DNA of 26,528 nucleotides from Candidatus Thalassarchaeaceae archaeon. GTDB lineage: Archaea > Thermoplasmatota > Poseidoniia > Poseidoniales > Thalassarchaeaceae. Positions within the stretch are counted from its first letter, which is position 1. Each line of letters begins with the position of its first letter. A program made the position numbers and the translations under genes. The notes below the pieces were generated by a model that had not been told where the DNA came from, did not search any database, and worked only from the letters and a program-made list of their open reading frames with translations. This document shows positions 24,774 through 26,528 of this stretch, piece by piece. The stretch is taken from the NCBI GenBank assembly GCA_030747675.1, contig JASLKH010000036.1, forward strand, positions 1 to 26,528. Direction: 5' to 3'.

Positions 24774-25868
24774 TCAGCGATCTTCCCAACGAGTCCATCG
24801 GCCTGTTTGTTTGTTAAACGCTAAGCCTGCTTTCTTCATCCATTTGTTAAATTTGGTAGCGCCAGCACCGGTCGCAATAATGAAATCTTCACGATCCTCT
24901 TGAGCTTGGATGTATCCTTTCACTGCCAAGGTTTGGTCTATCCACTCATTGATTGACATTAGGCCACTGTTCAAGTTACTCTCTTCAACAGCAGCAGCAA
25001 TTGTGTCTGCACTAGCACCTGTTGCTGCAAGGTCTGCGGCAATCAAATCTTGAACACTGGCATTCTCAACAGCCTTTGGAGGGCGAATTACCTTACTGCG
25101 GGGTTTCTTGGATGCATCAATTTTAATCCAATCTTTCTTCACATCCATTCGAGATTCAACCACATCGGCCATTGGTGAAGTGAATGATGCTCCGCAATCC
25201 CAACACATAAATCCGAAATTGTCCATTGTTTCAACATTTACATTTGAACGTGGATCCATTTCTTCTCCACATTCAGGACATGAATGAAAACATAAGGATG
25301 GCACAATTTTTCTGCGGAAGTCGACAATGTCTTGCGGTGTCCCTTCAAGTTCAAGCAATTCATGATCGCGAGCTGCTTCTAGGCCTCGGGTCTCTAACTG
25401 ATCTCGTATCTTTGACCGTTGCTCTTCCTTTGATTCATCATCAAAGTTATTCTCTAACTTAACAATCAATTCAATTGTTTTCCCAAGACGATTCATCACT
25501 ACTTTTTGACTACGGAATTGCTCGACTTTAGCAAGTTTTAGGCGCTCCTGCTGCTCTTGCAACTCAAGCAGAATATCCTTCTGCTGTCGCTTAAATCTCT
25601 GCTCTTCGATTTTATCCATTGGTTTCTTAACTTCACTGGATAGGACATTAGAAAGATATCTTTCTTTACCTGATTGGGTTGTTCCAGATTGTATAACTTC
25701 AAGCACAGATCTTGCAATCTCAGCCTTAAGGCCATAGTTTTGGACTAATTGGTCTTTATCGAGTTTCTTCAAATCTCCAATTTTTAATCCTGAATCTGCA
25801 AGAGTCATCGCAGTGGTTTCATCAACCCCTCTCCGTAAAAGAGCAAGGTAGGTGTCTTTCTTTGCCAT
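24774..25868 (-). CDS. Hypothetical protein: HhH-like N-domain, coiled coil, CxxC-CxxC zinc ribbon, putative C-terminal winged helix
   Basis: N-terminus LLRRGVDETTAMTLADSG...DQLVQNYGLKAEIARSVL; CPEC-x21-CWDC; aromatic/basic C-terminus. Start is 25868 or 25874. Confidence 0.75.
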   Translation of the reverse strand: MAKKDTYLALLRRGVDETTAMTLADSGLKIGDLKKLDKDQLVQNYGLKAEIARSVLEVIQSGTTQSGKERYLSNVLSSEVKKPMDKIEEQRFKRQQKDILLELQEQQERLKLAKVEQFRSQKVVMNRLGKTIELIVKLENNFDDESKEEQRSKIRDQLETRGLEAARDHELLELEGTPQDIVDFRRKIVPSLCFHSCPECGEEMDPRSNVNVETMDNFGFMCWDCGASFTSPMADVVESRMDVKKDWIKIDASKKPRSKVIRPPKAVENASVQDLIAADLAATGASADTIAAAVEESNLNSGLMSINEWIDQTLAVKGYIQAQEDREDFIIATGAGATKFNKWMKKAGLAFNKQTGRWTRWEDR

Positions 25869-26014
25869 ATTCATCCCCTATATCCGTAGAGTACCACTCA
25901 ACCTACTTGAACCACTGGATTCAATTCTCATAGCCGCACACAAGGTACGCGTCCGGTCCACCCGAAAGGGGGGTTCCCTATCAAGTCAATGTCGGAATGG
26001 TGTCATTTGTAGAC

Positions 26015-26528
26015 TCAAACTACTGAAATCAATTCACAAATCATAACCCAATCTTCTGGTTTGAGCATTTCCGGTCGTTCTTCCATCAACGAATGATTTG
26101 ACAAATGGGTCAATGCGGTATTCCAACGGTCACGGTGCCACCCAGGAATTCTTGCTAGCCTTTTTGGTGGCCTTTTCAATAAATTTCTCAATTTTTTGCG
26201 GCGATCAGCAAAGCAATGAGAAACAATTTGCCTTAGTAATCGACGATTAATCTCTCCTTTCTCTGATTCAAATCGATTAACAGGAAGAAGGCGGACTAAA
26301 CGAGAATGTACTCGCGGTTGTGGAATAAAGCAAGAAGGTGATACTCGTCTACCCATTTCTACATCAAAATCAAGCCAAAGAGATATGCCCAATGGTCCTC
26401 TATCCATAGGCCCTGCTTGCATTGTCATTCTCTCTGCAAATTCTTCTTGTACGAGGAAAATAATCACAGATAAATGCATTTTTTCTCTTTGGATTCTTTC
26501 AAGCAACGGACTAGAAATCTGATACGGT
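26015..26528 (-). CDS. rsmA: 16S rRNA adenine dimethyltransferase (KsgA/RsmA/Dim1), 5'-truncated by the window edge
   Basis: The frame continues to the window end as PYQISSPLL, followed by LVQEEFAERM, FIPQPRVHS, F..RRKKLRN, RPEML. Confidence 0.9.
   Translation of the reverse strand, partial: PYQISSPLLERIQREKMHLSVIIFLVQEEFAERMTMQAGPMDRGPLGISLWLDFDVEMGRRVSPSCFIPQPRVHSRLVRLLPVNRFESEKGEINRRLLRQIVSHCFADRRKKLRNLLKRPPKRLARIPGWHRDRWNTALTHLSNHSLMEERPEMLKPEDWVMICELISVV

Noticed and set aside
1-26528. CRISPR array, transposase, toxin-antitoxin or defence genes
   Set aside because: No regularly spaced repeats or matching protein motifs seen; nearly all sequence is explained by the listed genes.

Overview
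A compact, gene-dense stretch of archaeal core genome. Assignment to Marine Group II / Poseidoniales (Thermoplasmatota) is inferred from the archaeal-type PGK, histone folds, a tRNA-Thr with U73 discriminator, GAGGTGA-type ribosome-binding sites and acidic membrane-anchored peptidases; no search was run. It holds about 28 CDS and one tRNA-Thr(CGT). I saw no mobile element, CRISPR array or integrase. Housekeeping genes include nnr, an NSS transporter, an M14 carboxypeptidase, mscS, gpmA, uppS, a NUDIX hydrolase, ridA, PMM/PGM, pgk, an M24 peptidase, corA, a 2Fe-2S ferredoxin and a partial rsmA. Most notable: (1) a 269-aa protein built from three tandem histone folds, the third interrupted by an insertion, followed 4 bp later by a CIA2/DUF59-like protein with an HCPCC motif; (2) a multi-pass membrane protein of about 860 aa with the motifs and architecture of eukaryotic GPI ethanolamine-phosphate transferases (PIG-O/PIG-G); (3) a membrane-anchored maltokinase/APH-like pseudokinase; (4) an HhH + Zn-ribbon + putative winged-helix protein; (5) a perfect 16-bp palindrome in a divergent promoter. 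All family calls come from motifs recognised by eye.
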